Source: an uncultured virus (IMG/VR IMGVR_UViG_3300028373_000196) (lineage: Duplodnaviria > Heunggongvirae > Uroviricota > Caudoviricetes). From it: 64,000 bases of DNA. Every line of letters begins with the position of its first letter. Positions within the stretch are counted from its first letter, which is position 1. Positions 38,067 to 47,654 of this stretch are shown one piece after another. The notes under the pieces were generated by a model, which saw only the letters and a program-made list of their open reading frames with translations, did no database searches and was not told the origin of the DNA. The position numbers and the translations under genes were made by a program. The stretch lies in the IMG/VR virus record IMGVR_UViG_3300028373_000196; one strand, 5' to 3'.

Positions 38067-38603
38067 TTACTTAACTGAAGTCCTTGCATAATATGTTTGT
38101 AGATTGGACATTAAATTTATCTGAGTCATATAATACTTTTCAGTATATTCTAAATTTTGTACAAATGTAAACGATTCAGGATCTATTATCTTAACTTCGT
38201 TCGAAGTTGTTAGCACAATATTGCTTAGACTTAAATCACAGTTTACAAAAAATGTGTTGTTTTTTAACTTTTTAGATTCCTGCATTGATTGACTCCAAGT
38301 ATTATTTATAGTGATAATTATATCACAAATTAAGTCTTTGGTAATCAAGTGATAGTATTCTTCTCTTTTCAAAACACTTTCAATAGTATCAACAATATCT
38401 AAAAATTCCATGGTATATGTTTCATGGTCAACCAACCCAAGTACCTTTACCAATGCAGGATTAGATTTTGACAAGTTAGAGTAATGTTTTAACCATTGTT
38501 GATTAATTGGCTGGAAGTTGGTGTTGCGTACTGTTTTAAAGACAATATCATCTTTAAACTCGATCTTCGAGTATCTGTCTATCATTGGTATTATTTCTCT
38601 CAA
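38067..38603 (-). CDS. Kinase-like (APH/PKL fold) protein
   Basis: VFK, YTMEFL, CDLSLSNIV (catalytic loop DxxxxN), KIIDP. Confidence 0.6.
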   Translation of the reverse strand: MREIIPMIDRYSKIEFKDDIVFKTVRNTNFQPINQQWLKHYSNLSKSNPALVKVLGLVDHETYTMEFLDIVDTIESVLKREEYYHLITKDLICDIIITINNTWSQSMQESKKLKNNTFFVNCDLSLSNIVLTTSNEVKIIDPESFTFVQNLEYTEKYYMTQINLMSNLQTYYARTSVK

Positions 38604-38651
38604 TACTTATATTAGTCTATTGTAGCACACATTATTTCAATTGTCTAGTAT

Positions 38652-39254
38652 TTAGGCAAAGTATTTGTTTATTAAATATTCTGCAAAAAGTTTTTGACTT
38701 TTGGGCCCAGGGTGAGAGTTGTCTAGCGCTCTGTCTACTTTAAAAGATTGCAGGTTTTTATCTGACATAGTAATTGACCGGTCAATGTTTAAAGTTTTTG
38801 GATGTGCGTCTACCGGTAATATATTGTATGTTTTAATACCGAGTGATCGTAATTTTAAGTTGATGTAATTGATGTACACACAACGCATGATAGTTGAATC
38901 CCAATCGTTGTGTAAAAATTTGTAATATGGTTTTGATGGCTTGTCATACTTCCACGTTCCTATCTGAACGTTAGTGTGCTGTTTTATAATGCAATGACGG
39001 TCATTATGACTCCACTGTATTACGCAAATATCAGACAAATCGAAATTAGTATTGTCAGCGATGTGCATAATGTGTTTATCGCCGGCGCCAGGAACAGATA
39101 AGTTTACCAGTTTGCGCCTTAAATGAGTGGCAACTATCTGAGCAAAGCCCAACTTACTAGGTTCATCCAGCGGATGAACACCGTCGGAGTGTATACAATC
39201 GGCCAATCCGTGTCCAAAAGTGTATGAACATCCAATTGTTATTAACTTATTCAT
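38652..39254 (-). CDS. SGNH/GDSL-like hydrolase, paralogue 1
   Basis: GCSYT (GDS-like), NLSVPG, QWS, DNSHPG (DxxH). Confidence 0.6.
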   Translation of the reverse strand: MNKLITIGCSYTFGHGLADCIHSDGVHPLDEPSKLGFAQIVATHLRRKLVNLSVPGAGDKHIMHIADNTNFDLSDICVIQWSHNDRHCIIKQHTNVQIGTWKYDKPSKPYYKFLHNDWDSTIMRCVYINYINLKLRSLGIKTYNILPVDAHPKTLNIDRSITMSDKNLQSFKVDRALDNSHPGPKSQKLFAEYLINKYFA

Positions 39255-39277
39255 ACAAGTATTTATGCCAAGAATTA

Positions 39278-39496
39278 TTACTTAAACTGCGCCGAAAATG
39301 GATCAAACTCGGCGCCGCACTTCATACTGCATACTTTTAATTTTCCGTCGGCGCAGCTGGGTTTGTTCCAACTTGCTTCTATGTTTTCAAATATGCCAGT
39401 ATCAAACACAGCTTTTAACCCGTGTATCTTGGCATTGACTGCATCCTTGCCGCCGGCTTCATCAATAAAGTCCCATACTTGTTCTACTTTGGGATC
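39278..39496 (-). repeat. 219-nt diverged duplicate of 43493..43711
   Basis: 64/72 aa identical, with many synonymous differences. Confidence 0.9.
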
Positions 39497-40429
39497 ATTG
39501 GTCCAGCACAACACATCAGTATCTTCTTGTAGGAAGTCGCAGCCCTTGCAGTAAGAAATACTGTCAAAGTCACCTGCATTGTGTTTTTCTCTTAGTTCGG
39601 TATAAAGATTGCCTGTCCAAATTTCTTCAAAGGTTTGACTCGAAAGATGTCCTAGAACACTTTTACTTTCGCTCGGCGGTCCTAGGACCTGACAACACGG
39701 AGTTACTGCTGCTGTCATACCGTTAACTCCTCCGGCACGAACTGTTAGTTCCTCAGCAGACGGGCGGCCACAACTTCGTTTTTTACCAGAGCGAATGTAT
39801 TCCGGAGAATGATTTCCACTCCAGTTGTGCATTTTCCAGATATAAGAAATTACGCCTGTGGGAATAATAAAATTATTTTTATATTGTTCAGCTTCCCATT
39901 CTGCATTTTTAGGGTCTAAGATTAGATGATAACTCTGAACAGAACATTTAGAATTTACTTCTTTCACGTATGCGGCTGCTTCAGTGGTATTTGACTTTAT
40001 TAAATCCCAGTTATCTTTACTCATCCATTTCTGGTACAATTCTCGATTGTACCCTATTACAGAAAATCTAATAAGCGACAATCCGGCATCAATACAGTCT
40101 TTCATGTACTGCCCTGTAAATTTAGCACCGTTGCAATATAAGTAAGACTTTAAGCCACGTTTAGTACATGCTGCGATATACTCATGGAGGTCTTTTGCCA
40201 TAGTCGGTTCGCCTGATCCCTCAAGATTAATCACTGGATATCCGTATTTAGGAGTAATTTGATCAAGAATACTTTCAAATTGCCGCAATGGCATTTTTTT
40301 TAAAAATTCTTTTTCTCTGCCTTCGGCGGATCCCTGAGGACACATTTGACAAGTATAATTACAACCTCCAAAGACTTCAATTACTGCGCGTTTTAAATTT
40401 AGATGTTCAAGGTCAATACTCATACTCAA
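39278..40429 (-). CDS. Radical SAM/SPASM protein with an appended foreign C-terminal module
   Basis: CNYTCQMC, GSGEP, SPASM C..PCC..CKGC. The last 72 aa match the end of 43493..44572. Confidence 0.88.
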   Translation of the reverse strand: MSMSIDLEHLNLKRAVIEVFGGCNYTCQMCPQGSAEGREKEFLKKMPLRQFESILDQITPKYGYPVINLEGSGEPTMAKDLHEYIAACTKRGLKSYLYCNGAKFTGQYMKDCIDAGLSLIRFSVIGYNRELYQKWMSKDNWDLIKSNTTEAAAYVKEVNSKCSVQSYHLILDPKNAEWEAEQYKNNFIIPTGVISYIWKMHNWSGNHSPEYIRSGKKRSCGRPSAEELTVRAGGVNGMTAAVTPCCQVLGPPSESKSVLGHLSSQTFEEIWTGNLYTELREKHNAGDFDSISYCKGCDFLQEDTDVLCWTNDPKVEQVWDFIDEAGGKDAVNAKIHGLKAVFDTGIFENIEASWNKPSCADGKLKVCSMKCGAEFDPFSAQFK

Positions 40430-40441
40430 TATATACCAATG

Positions 40442-41668
40442 CTATTTAAACTGCCTAGTATTACCATAATGAATCACAGTGACATCATCATTGGTATATG
40501 TACGCCAAGGATCAACTACAATGCTGTCATCTGGGATATGACAATACATTTTTTGTGGATTATCGCTGCCCAGATATTTGTATGTAGTGTTTGAATCGTG
40601 CGCCAGTAAAAATACACATGGTGTAATTGGTGTATACTTGTCGCCTGTTAACGGATCAATATAGATAGGTTTGATTCCTAACTGTTCACAAAAATGCCCC
40701 ACTAATAAACTGTAACTGCCGTCGATATAAGACACACCGGGTTTGTATGACTTGCCGTGTATTACAATATCCATATTATGGAATTTACTTTGGAACACTA
40801 ACTGTTTGGCAATATTCTTAGCTTGTATGTCACGTGCGTTCATGATAGCGTCAAACATATCATACCCTAGATTTAACTTTTCTGCCATGTAGCGCAATGC
40901 AATGTTATCACGGGGATGGCAACCGCCCCCGTCGCCCATACCAGCAGTCATATACTGCGGGCCTGTAATGCGCATGGTTGACTTGGCCAAGGCTTCTGTT
41001 ACAATATCTACGTTGATGTTGCCTTGTGCTTCTGCTACGTCTTGAATCATGTTGACAATGCCAATCTTTGCACTAATCATAGTATTATAGAAAACCTTAA
41101 TGCACTCGCACTCGTCCCATGTACCAATTTCATAACGTGGATTATTTTGCATAATTGTTTTATAAAAATCAACTAACATTTTAGCGTCGCCAGTTTGTGA
41201 CCCATCTTCTGTGCCGATCATTACCATCTCTGGATTAACCATGTCCCATGCTACACTGCCCATTGCAATAAGGTATGGATTGTATATGAACCTAGTGTTG
41301 GTAACAATAGGGATAAATTCTCTGCGCGTTGTGCCTGGTAACACTGTGCTGATCAATACCAGTAATTGGTCCTCGGTCATATGCTTGTTGGCTTCTGCTA
41401 TCACCGATTTGACAATGTCATAGTTGAAGTCTTTAGGTGCAAGGTGTGCTGTTGGTGCTCTGCCATCATACTCTGGATCGTGTGGTGTTGGCACTGCAAT
41501 GAACACAATGTCTTTGTCTTTTACACATTCTTTAATCGAGTTTGCTATTGTTACTACTTCGGAAGTGCATTCAGCAATGTCATATCCTACTACATTGTGT
41601 CCACCGTCTGCTATAGCTTCAGCACACGGCATTCCCAATTTGCCAATGCCAATGAATCCTATTTTCAT
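40442..41668 (-). CDS. ugd: UDP-glucose/GDP-mannose dehydrogenase family
   Basis: GIGKLG, AVPTP, ISTVLPGT, K..YN, GDGGGCHPRD, GKSYKP. Confidence 0.85.
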   Translation of the reverse strand: MKIGFIGIGKLGMPCAEAIADGGHNVVGYDIAECTSEVVTIANSIKECVKDKDIVFIAVPTPHDPEYDGRAPTAHLAPKDFNYDIVKSVIAEANKHMTEDQLLVLISTVLPGTTRREFIPIVTNTRFIYNPYLIAMGSVAWDMVNPEMVMIGTEDGSQTGDAKMLVDFYKTIMQNNPRYEIGTWDECECIKVFYNTMISAKIGIVNMIQDVAEAQGNINVDIVTEALAKSTMRITGPQYMTAGMGDGGGCHPRDNIALRYMAEKLNLGYDMFDAIMNARDIQAKNIAKQLVFQSKFHNMDIVIHGKSYKPGVSYIDGSYSLLVGHFCEQLGIKPIYIDPLTGDKYTPITPCVFLLAHDSNTTYKYLGSDNPQKMYCHIPDDSIVVDPWRTYTNDDVTVIHYGNTRQFK

Positions 41669-42268
41669 TTAAAAGTACTCCTTTATCAAGTATTCTGCAA
41701 AGCGTTTATTGCTTTTTTTTCCTGGATGTTGCTTGTCCAATGCACAGTCAACTCTAAAATATTGTAAGTTTTTATCGGACATTTTAACTGACTGATTAAT
41801 ATTCAAATCACACAGGTATGCATCAATTGGCAATATGTTATATGTAACAATTCCAAGAGACTGTAACTTTAAGTTAATATAATTAATGTATACATCACGC
41901 ATAACAGTTGCATCATTCTCGTTGTGTATGCTTTTATAATACGTTTTAGTTATTTTATTATCCATCCACGGGCCAATCGCAACAGTTTCTTGTTTGTTTA
42001 GAATGCAGTAACGGTCATTATGACTCCACTGTATTAGGCAAATGTCATCCGGATCAAATAAAGTATTATCTACTATATTCATAATTTGTTTATCACCTAT
42101 GCCGCATTGTGCTAAATTAATTAGAGATCTCTCTAAATGATCGGCTACAATCTGAGCATACCCTAACTTACTAGGACAAGGTCCTTGGGCATTACTGTTA
42201 CTATCTATACAATCGGACAACCCGTGGCCGTATGTATAAGAGCATCCAACTGTTATTATTCTACTCAT
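41669..42268 (-). CDS. SGNH/GDSL-like hydrolase, paralogue 2
   Basis: GCSYTYGHGL, QWSHNDR, DKQHPG; strongly similar to 38652..39254. Confidence 0.6.
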   Translation of the reverse strand: MSRIITVGCSYTYGHGLSDCIDSNSNAQGPCPSKLGYAQIVADHLERSLINLAQCGIGDKQIMNIVDNTLFDPDDICLIQWSHNDRYCILNKQETVAIGPWMDNKITKTYYKSIHNENDATVMRDVYINYINLKLQSLGIVTYNILPIDAYLCDLNINQSVKMSDKNLQYFRVDCALDKQHPGKKSNKRFAEYLIKEYF

Positions 42269-43484
42269 GCAAGTATTTATATAGGGTATCTTGCAGTATA
42301 GAGTCCATCATGTGTGATCGGTAACTCATTATTGCAAGATTGTGTACAAGTATACTTTTGATCTTAATCATGTCGTTGTATAATTCGTCATCGGGCCTGT
42401 CAAAAAATTTAACTGCAGAATCTATTGCACTGTTAACTCGCGTTGTGTTATCTATTTTACTGTCGTAACTCTCATCTAGTACACTATTAAATGTTTTATA
42501 TCCCATACTTTGTAATGTGCCTAACGAATTTGGTTCACCTAGTATTACAAAAGGCTGCATATACATAATAGGCTTAAATATTTTTTCACTAAAAAACATT
42601 CTGCCTGGCGTATTGTACTGATAAGTTTCAGGACATATGTGGAGAAAAGAATCATAAAATTTATCTGTGGCCCAATCCGACACTGGGTTATCTATTTCAG
42701 GATTTACATTATCATTAATTTTAAGAGGTATGTTTTCTTTTATACTAGACTGTATGTACTTTTTATAAATTTCTGGAGATTCTTGTTGGAAAAGAGCTTC
42801 TTGGATATCAAAATAACCATCTGCTGTATCACCGCATTTCCCCATTGATAAATATCCTCTATCAATATGAGGGTATAGCAATGTTACTCCTGCAAATCTG
42901 CCTGCATGGGGGCGACGGTTTAAACAAATAAACTTTTTTGCGCGATGCTTTTTTTGAGAAATTCCCAAACTTCCATGCTGTATTAACCACTTTGTATTTT
43001 CAAATTTAGTTTGGTACTCCCAAAAATTATGATACGCTGTTTTCATGCCAGGGGCTTCTGCTAGATTTGCACAAACAAATACAAAGTTATCTAAACTAAT
43101 ATCATACCGTTTTATAAAAGGAGCAACCAACGATTTCCACCAATTCCAGTCCCACCCTTCGTAAGAATTGTAGACTAGGATTTTGCAGCGGTTGGCTTTA
43201 ATATCGCTAACAACAGAGTCTGGAATAATTACTTCGTCTATTACTTCTTCAATAGAAGTAAGCGATGGCAAAAACGGAAAATAGTATAAACTATCGCTTT
43301 CTACTTTATCTCTAAACACAACGTCAAATGGTGGGCCAAATAAACCAAAGTATGCATCAGGTGTGTTGTGTCCTATGATAAAATAGCGATGATCTAAATA
43401 TCGGTGGGGGGGGCCGCAGCAATATTTAAACTCTTGTTTGTCTTCGGGCAAATCAGTTCTGTAATATAAAGGAATCTGTGTCAT
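42261..43484 (-). CDS. Putative glycosyltransferase-like protein
   Basis: FICLNRRP..R and ET...FFSEKIFKPI...PF motifs, reminiscent of GT10-like C-termini. Confidence 0.4.
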   Translation of the reverse strand: MTQIPLYYRTDLPEDKQEFKYCCGPPHRYLDHRYFIIGHNTPDAYFGLFGPPFDVVFRDKVESDSLYYFPFLPSLTSIEEVIDEVIIPDSVVSDIKANRCKILVYNSYEGWDWNWWKSLVAPFIKRYDISLDNFVFVCANLAEAPGMKTAYHNFWEYQTKFENTKWLIQHGSLGISQKKHRAKKFICLNRRPHAGRFAGVTLLYPHIDRGYLSMGKCGDTADGYFDIQEALFQQESPEIYKKYIQSSIKENIPLKINDNVNPEIDNPVSDWATDKFYDSFLHICPETYQYNTPGRMFFSEKIFKPIMYMQPFVILGEPNSLGTLQSMGYKTFNSVLDESYDSKIDNTTRVNSAIDSAVKFFDRPDDELYNDMIKIKSILVHNLAIMSYRSHMMDSILQDTLYKYLHE

Positions 43485-43492
43485 AATAATAC

Positions 43493-44572
43493 TTACCTAA
43501 ACTGTGCTGCAAATGGATCAAACTCGGCGCCGCACTTCATACCGCACACCTTTAGTTTTCCTTCGCCAACACTAGGTTTATTCCAGCTTGCTTCTATATT
43601 TTCAAATATACCAGTATCAAACACTGCTTTTAATCCGTGTATCTTAGCATTAACTGCATCTTTCCCGCCTGCGTCATCAATAAAGTCCCATATTTGTTCT
43701 ACTTTAGGATCTTTGTGCCACCACTTGTACATTCTGCCAGCAGTCCAGCAACAAGGCATTGCTAGTCCTTCGGCTGTAATGAACAAGTTTCCTTCGTCCT
43801 TTACTTTGCACTTAATAGGGGCGGCGTCATAGTATGAATCCATGCTACCGTATTTGTCAACGATAACATCTTGCTTTTTAAGAGCTGAATTTTGGTACTT
43901 TGCATCTGGTTTTTTAAGTTCTGTAGTGTTGTTGCCTTTGCCATTAACTGCTTGATGCGAATCTTTTTTCTCAGTTTTAGATGTTACAAATCGCCCAGTT
44001 TTCTTTGCTACAAACCGTTCAAACCCCATTTGTTTGCTTAACTCTTCGGCTTCTTCTACTTGGTGCTGATTATGTTCAAATATTAAAAAATCCCATCTGG
44101 CTCTGCCGCCAGCAGCAATGAAAGCCCGCATGGATCTTTCCACGTTAGCCCAAACAACGTTTTGTCTATACTTGTGGTTGGTATCCTCTAGTCCGTCTAC
44201 ACTAAAAATAACTGCGCCCATTCTTCCATATACTTGAGCAAGCTTTGTCCACCATTGTGCGCTTTTAGCTCCGGCATTTGTATTCATGCTTAGCCACATT
44301 GTTGAATTGTGACTACGAAAATACTCAAAAATTGCCAACGTGTCACGAGCAACAATTGGATCACCCAAGTTGCCGCACATGTACAACGTGTCAAGTTGCT
44401 TGATAAAGTCGGGTTCAAACATAACTTTGATATCGGTCAGTGTAAGTTCGCTCAAATCAATATGCGGATTGACATCTCCGCCGTTTTGATTTCTATCGCA
44501 CATAGGGCAAGCTGCTTGGCAATTTTGTGTATTTTCTAAATGTATTGTTCTTATGTCTTCGTATTTGTACAT
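43493..44572 (-). CDS. Radical SAM protein with Twitch-like C-terminus
   Basis: CQAACPMC, CGNLGDP, MPCCW, CGMKC. Confidence 0.9.
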   Translation of the reverse strand: MYKYEDIRTIHLENTQNCQAACPMCDRNQNGGDVNPHIDLSELTLTDIKVMFEPDFIKQLDTLYMCGNLGDPIVARDTLAIFEYFRSHNSTMWLSMNTNAGAKSAQWWTKLAQVYGRMGAVIFSVDGLEDTNHKYRQNVVWANVERSMRAFIAAGGRARWDFLIFEHNQHQVEEAEELSKQMGFERFVAKKTGRFVTSKTEKKDSHQAVNGKGNNTTELKKPDAKYQNSALKKQDVIVDKYGSMDSYYDAAPIKCKVKDEGNLFITAEGLAMPCCWTAGRMYKWWHKDPKVEQIWDFIDDAGGKDAVNAKIHGLKAVFDTGIFENIEASWNKPSVGEGKLKVCGMKCGAEFDPFAAQFR

Positions 44573-44796
44573 TGATTTTCCATTACTAATTTTATGTCCA
44601 TGCCTGGTCCTACTTTACTAGGTAAATCCCCATGCTGTTCTACATACCAGTTAATAACAGCTCTGTACCAATTTTGACTATTGTGATGCGCCTGTTGGTT
44701 GAATTGCCAAATGTTGTCGTTGGTTGCTTGCATGGTACTTAGTGCTCTTGCGCTTTCTGTTTGCAATTCTCGCAGAGATAATTTATCTATATCCAA
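44551..44796 (-). CDS. Small hypothetical protein
   Basis: Operonic ORF overlapping both neighbours. Confidence 0.65.
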   Translation of the reverse strand: MDIDKLSLRELQTESARALSTMQATNDNIWQFNQQAHHNSQNWYRAVINWYVEQHGDLPSKVGPGMDIKLVMENQCTNTKT

Positions 44797-45757
44797 TTTT
44801 CATAAACCTTGTATATTTTGGTAATTGTAATTCTCCAAGAAACAAACATTCTTGCATGGGCGCAGTTTCACCAAATGAATCCATATCAGCGGAGCAATTA
44901 ATATGTTCTGATATTTCAAAATAATTATTACTCTGAAGTATTACCAATTTACCTTTGGGAATTTTTGCATACCATTCTTCAAAGTTGCCGATATGCTCAC
45001 AACTTGTATTAACAACGGTGTCAGGAGAGTCTAGAATGTAACACATTTTTTTATTAGAATTACTCCACGATTTTGAAGAATGATTAGAATAATCAATGTC
45101 CATTATATCCTGTGTAATTGCTTTAAATTTCCATTGATCGACTAGCCACGGCTTATTGAATATTTCAGCTATTTTCTCGCAACTGGAGTCGACATCAAAA
45201 CTACGTATCTTGGTTATATTCAATCCGGATTCGAACAACAGAGTTGATAGTATAGCATACCATCCAGCACACAGAAATACTGTGCCTAATTCAACATCTA
45301 ATTCTTTAAGTATCTTAATTAGCCATTGTTTACTTTGTAGCTGTCCTCTACTAAAGCAATTGTTGTCTATTTCCAAGGCAGGATTGACAAAGAAACTTTT
45401 AAATGCCGCGACAAGGTGGCTATCTGAGTATCGTGCAAGCACCGGCCATAATTTCCATGTATTGTCTTCAAGAACTAACTTTCGTAAATCGTCGTCAGTT
45501 ACTAGTCTAAATACACTGTGTAAATTCTTTTCCATTACTGCTTTACGCAATTCTTCTGTATCATGATTGTCAATTATTCGAAATACACTATGTAAATTTT
45601 GTTCCATTACTGCTTTACGCAACTCGTCAGATGTATTAGTTAACCTAAAGATACTAGATAAATCCTGATCAATGTATGCACGTCGTAAGTCTGCTAATTT
45701 TGAATTAGTAGGATACAACATTTCAAATCTGTCTAGTAGTTCATAAGTGTGCATCAT
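44783..45757 (-). CDS. Methyltransferase-like protein with N-terminal helical repeats
   Basis: SKQWL, CAGWY, SFDVD, VVNTSCEH Rossmann-like motifs; ELRKAVME.NLHSVFR repeats. Confidence 0.55.
   Translation of the reverse strand: MMHTYELLDRFEMLYPTNSKLADLRRAYIDQDLSSIFRLTNTSDELRKAVMEQNLHSVFRIIDNHDTEELRKAVMEKNLHSVFRLVTDDDLRKLVLEDNTWKLWPVLARYSDSHLVAAFKSFFVNPALEIDNNCFSRGQLQSKQWLIKILKELDVELGTVFLCAGWYAILSTLLFESGLNITKIRSFDVDSSCEKIAEIFNKPWLVDQWKFKAITQDIMDIDYSNHSSKSWSNSNKKMCYILDSPDTVVNTSCEHIGNFEEWYAKIPKGKLVILQSNNYFEISEHINCSADMDSFGETAPMQECLFLGELQLPKYTRFMKIGYR
45509..45622 (-). repeat. Two ~42-nt direct repeats, period 72 nt
   Basis: AAATACACT(G/A)TGTAAATT...TTCCATTACTGCTTTACGCAA at 45509 and 45581. Confidence 0.8.
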
Positions 45758-47093
45758 TAAATTTCTCCTTTAGCCAGTTAAAATCATTTATTTTTTTTAA
45801 TGCAGCAATGTTGTCTTTATTTCTTGTGCCATATGCTGCGCCAGCTTTTGCTCCAGATATTGCATATTTTCCAAATGGCTTTTTAATCCCAACTGTGCAC
45901 CATGTATATAATCGTTGTTGAGTTTCTGTATCTTGCTGTCTGTCAATGATTCTTGATGACAGTTTAACACATTCTCTAAATGCGCTTTTCCATGTGCTGT
46001 AAGGATCTGTGTTAAACAAAGTAATGTTGCTAATTACAGGCATCAACTTAAATTGATTACTGATGCTAGTAGTCATATCCGTCTTACCAATATCCATGTT
46101 TTCTGTAAGCTCCCTAGGTAGTAATTTTACGCCTCCATAGCCGTAAACAAGATCATTCACTGGATTTTGACTACGCCAAACATGCACACAAGTTAAATTA
46201 CTGTCATGTACTTGTAAGTTAAATGTAAAATCATCAACTATAGTTGCATCGGCATCGACTACCCAAAACATTTTAGATTTACAAAGTTTGGCGGCGGCAA
46301 TATGTGCATTATGAATTCCTTTTACGCCGTGCACCCGAACAGCGCGGGGCGCAATCTTTAACAAGACTTGATAGTTTTCGTCAGCATTGGGTTCTTCGTA
46401 ACTTATAAACACAATGTCATAGGGCTTTGGTGTAGATGCTACAATTTTATGTTCAATTCGGTTGACGGGAAATCTATATTCTATTTCGCGTTTTGAAAGC
46501 GGAGAGTGTTTGCTGCACAACAATAATCCATTGTAGTGTTGTTGACCATTTACATGATGCAAAAATGCATGAGATTTATTGCGCAAATCTTTATCGGTGT
46601 GTGGTATATAAAAATTGTTTGCCACATCGTAGTCAATGTTGATGTTTACTGAACTCATCCAAAACATTTCAGTTGTACTAGTTTCCATTGCATGTGTGTA
46701 TTCCGCAAAAGTATCAATATTAAATATGTCATAGGGCTTTGGTGTAGATGCTAGAACTGCAACTTTCTTTGTATTATGGCAAAACCTTATTTGTATGTCG
46801 GCAGTAGTTAATATAGCAGTTTTTGGAATAAGTGAAATTCCGTCATAAAGATCTTTGCCATTTTTAAATACATGTATATAATCCTGACTCCAGTCATCAG
46901 GCACATAGTCAAAATCAAACGTATTACTAACAATTATATCATCGGGTACTATCCAAAAAAACTCTGTTAACGATTGCTGTTGTGCGTCAACAACTGATGC
47001 TGCATGTTTAACAAAAGGAAAACGCTGCACGATATCATCATGCCGGCTTGTGTTGTTACGTGCAACTGGTTGTATAATAATTATGTCAAACAT
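45741..47093 (-). CDS. Multi-domain GT-A-like glycosyltransferase
   Basis: Three related modules (FW(I/M/V) segments); the last has SYEEPNA, GIHNAH, VDAD (DxD) and YGYGGVKL. Confidence 0.65.
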   Translation of the reverse strand: MFDIIIIQPVARNNTSRHDDIVQRFPFVKHAASVVDAQQQSLTEFFWIVPDDIIVSNTFDFDYVPDDWSQDYIHVFKNGKDLYDGISLIPKTAILTTADIQIRFCHNTKKVAVLASTPKPYDIFNIDTFAEYTHAMETSTTEMFWMSSVNINIDYDVANNFYIPHTDKDLRNKSHAFLHHVNGQQHYNGLLLCSKHSPLSKREIEYRFPVNRIEHKIVASTPKPYDIVFISYEEPNADENYQVLLKIAPRAVRVHGVKGIHNAHIAAAKLCKSKMFWVVDADATIVDDFTFNLQVHDSNLTCVHVWRSQNPVNDLVYGYGGVKLLPRELTENMDIGKTDMTTSISNQFKLMPVISNITLFNTDPYSTWKSAFRECVKLSSRIIDRQQDTETQQRLYTWCTVGIKKPFGKYAISGAKAGAAYGTRNKDNIAALKKINDFNWLKEKFNDAHL

Positions 47094-47099
47094 GTATGA

Positions 47100-47645
47100 T
47101 TATTCCTCAGTCGATTGCTTGGTCGGGTTAACAAAATATTCTCGTTGCTTTTCTTCATATAAAAATACTCCGTTGGTTAATATCGGCTTTGCTACAATTG
47201 CCCAATTGCGTTGCCCTTCTTTCAAGTAGTCTATAATATTGGTGCATTTTTCAAACTCTTGTGGATCTACAAACACGTCAATGGTTGTATTAACTCCAAG
47301 GTCATACAGATAATCAGCTAGCTTGCGTGTTTTTACTTTTTTTAAAGTTTCGTGATATGCACTGATGGTAATTGTGTCCAGCACTCTGGCTGCGGCAGTC
47401 CACCAAATTACTCCCGGTGCAGCAGTTGTGTTGATTTCCAACGTACAAGCATAGTGGTCTTTAAGATATTTACACAATGACAAAAAATCACTCCATTCTG
47501 TAACTTCTCGTCCAGTGAACAATATGTTGAAAATATTATCATCAGATTGCATGTGACTATCTAGAAATTTTGAAATGTTTTCTCTTACTAATTCTAAGTC
47601 AGAGAAAGGCTGATTAATTGGAGAAATTGTATATTCAAGTTTCAT
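47100..47645 (-). CDS. Degenerate radical-SAM-like protein lacking CxxxCxxC
   Basis: FTGRE.T.W, INT, WW and ISAYHE resemble the barrel of neighbouring rSAMs; there is no Cys triad. Confidence 0.45.
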   Translation of the reverse strand: MKLEYTISPINQPFSDLELVRENISKFLDSHMQSDDNIFNILFTGREVTEWSDFLSLCKYLKDHYACTLEINTTAAPGVIWWTAAARVLDTITISAYHETLKKVKTRKLADYLYDLGVNTTIDVFVDPQEFEKCTNIIDYLKEGQRNWAIVAKPILTNGVFLYEEKQREYFVNPTKQSTEE

Positions 47646-47654
47646 TGAAATATT

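Noticed and set aside
30981..44796. RiPP pathway (rSAM/SPASM plus precursor peptide)
   Set aside because: No convincing short precursor, RRE domain, protease or transporter is visible; not excluded, but unsupported.
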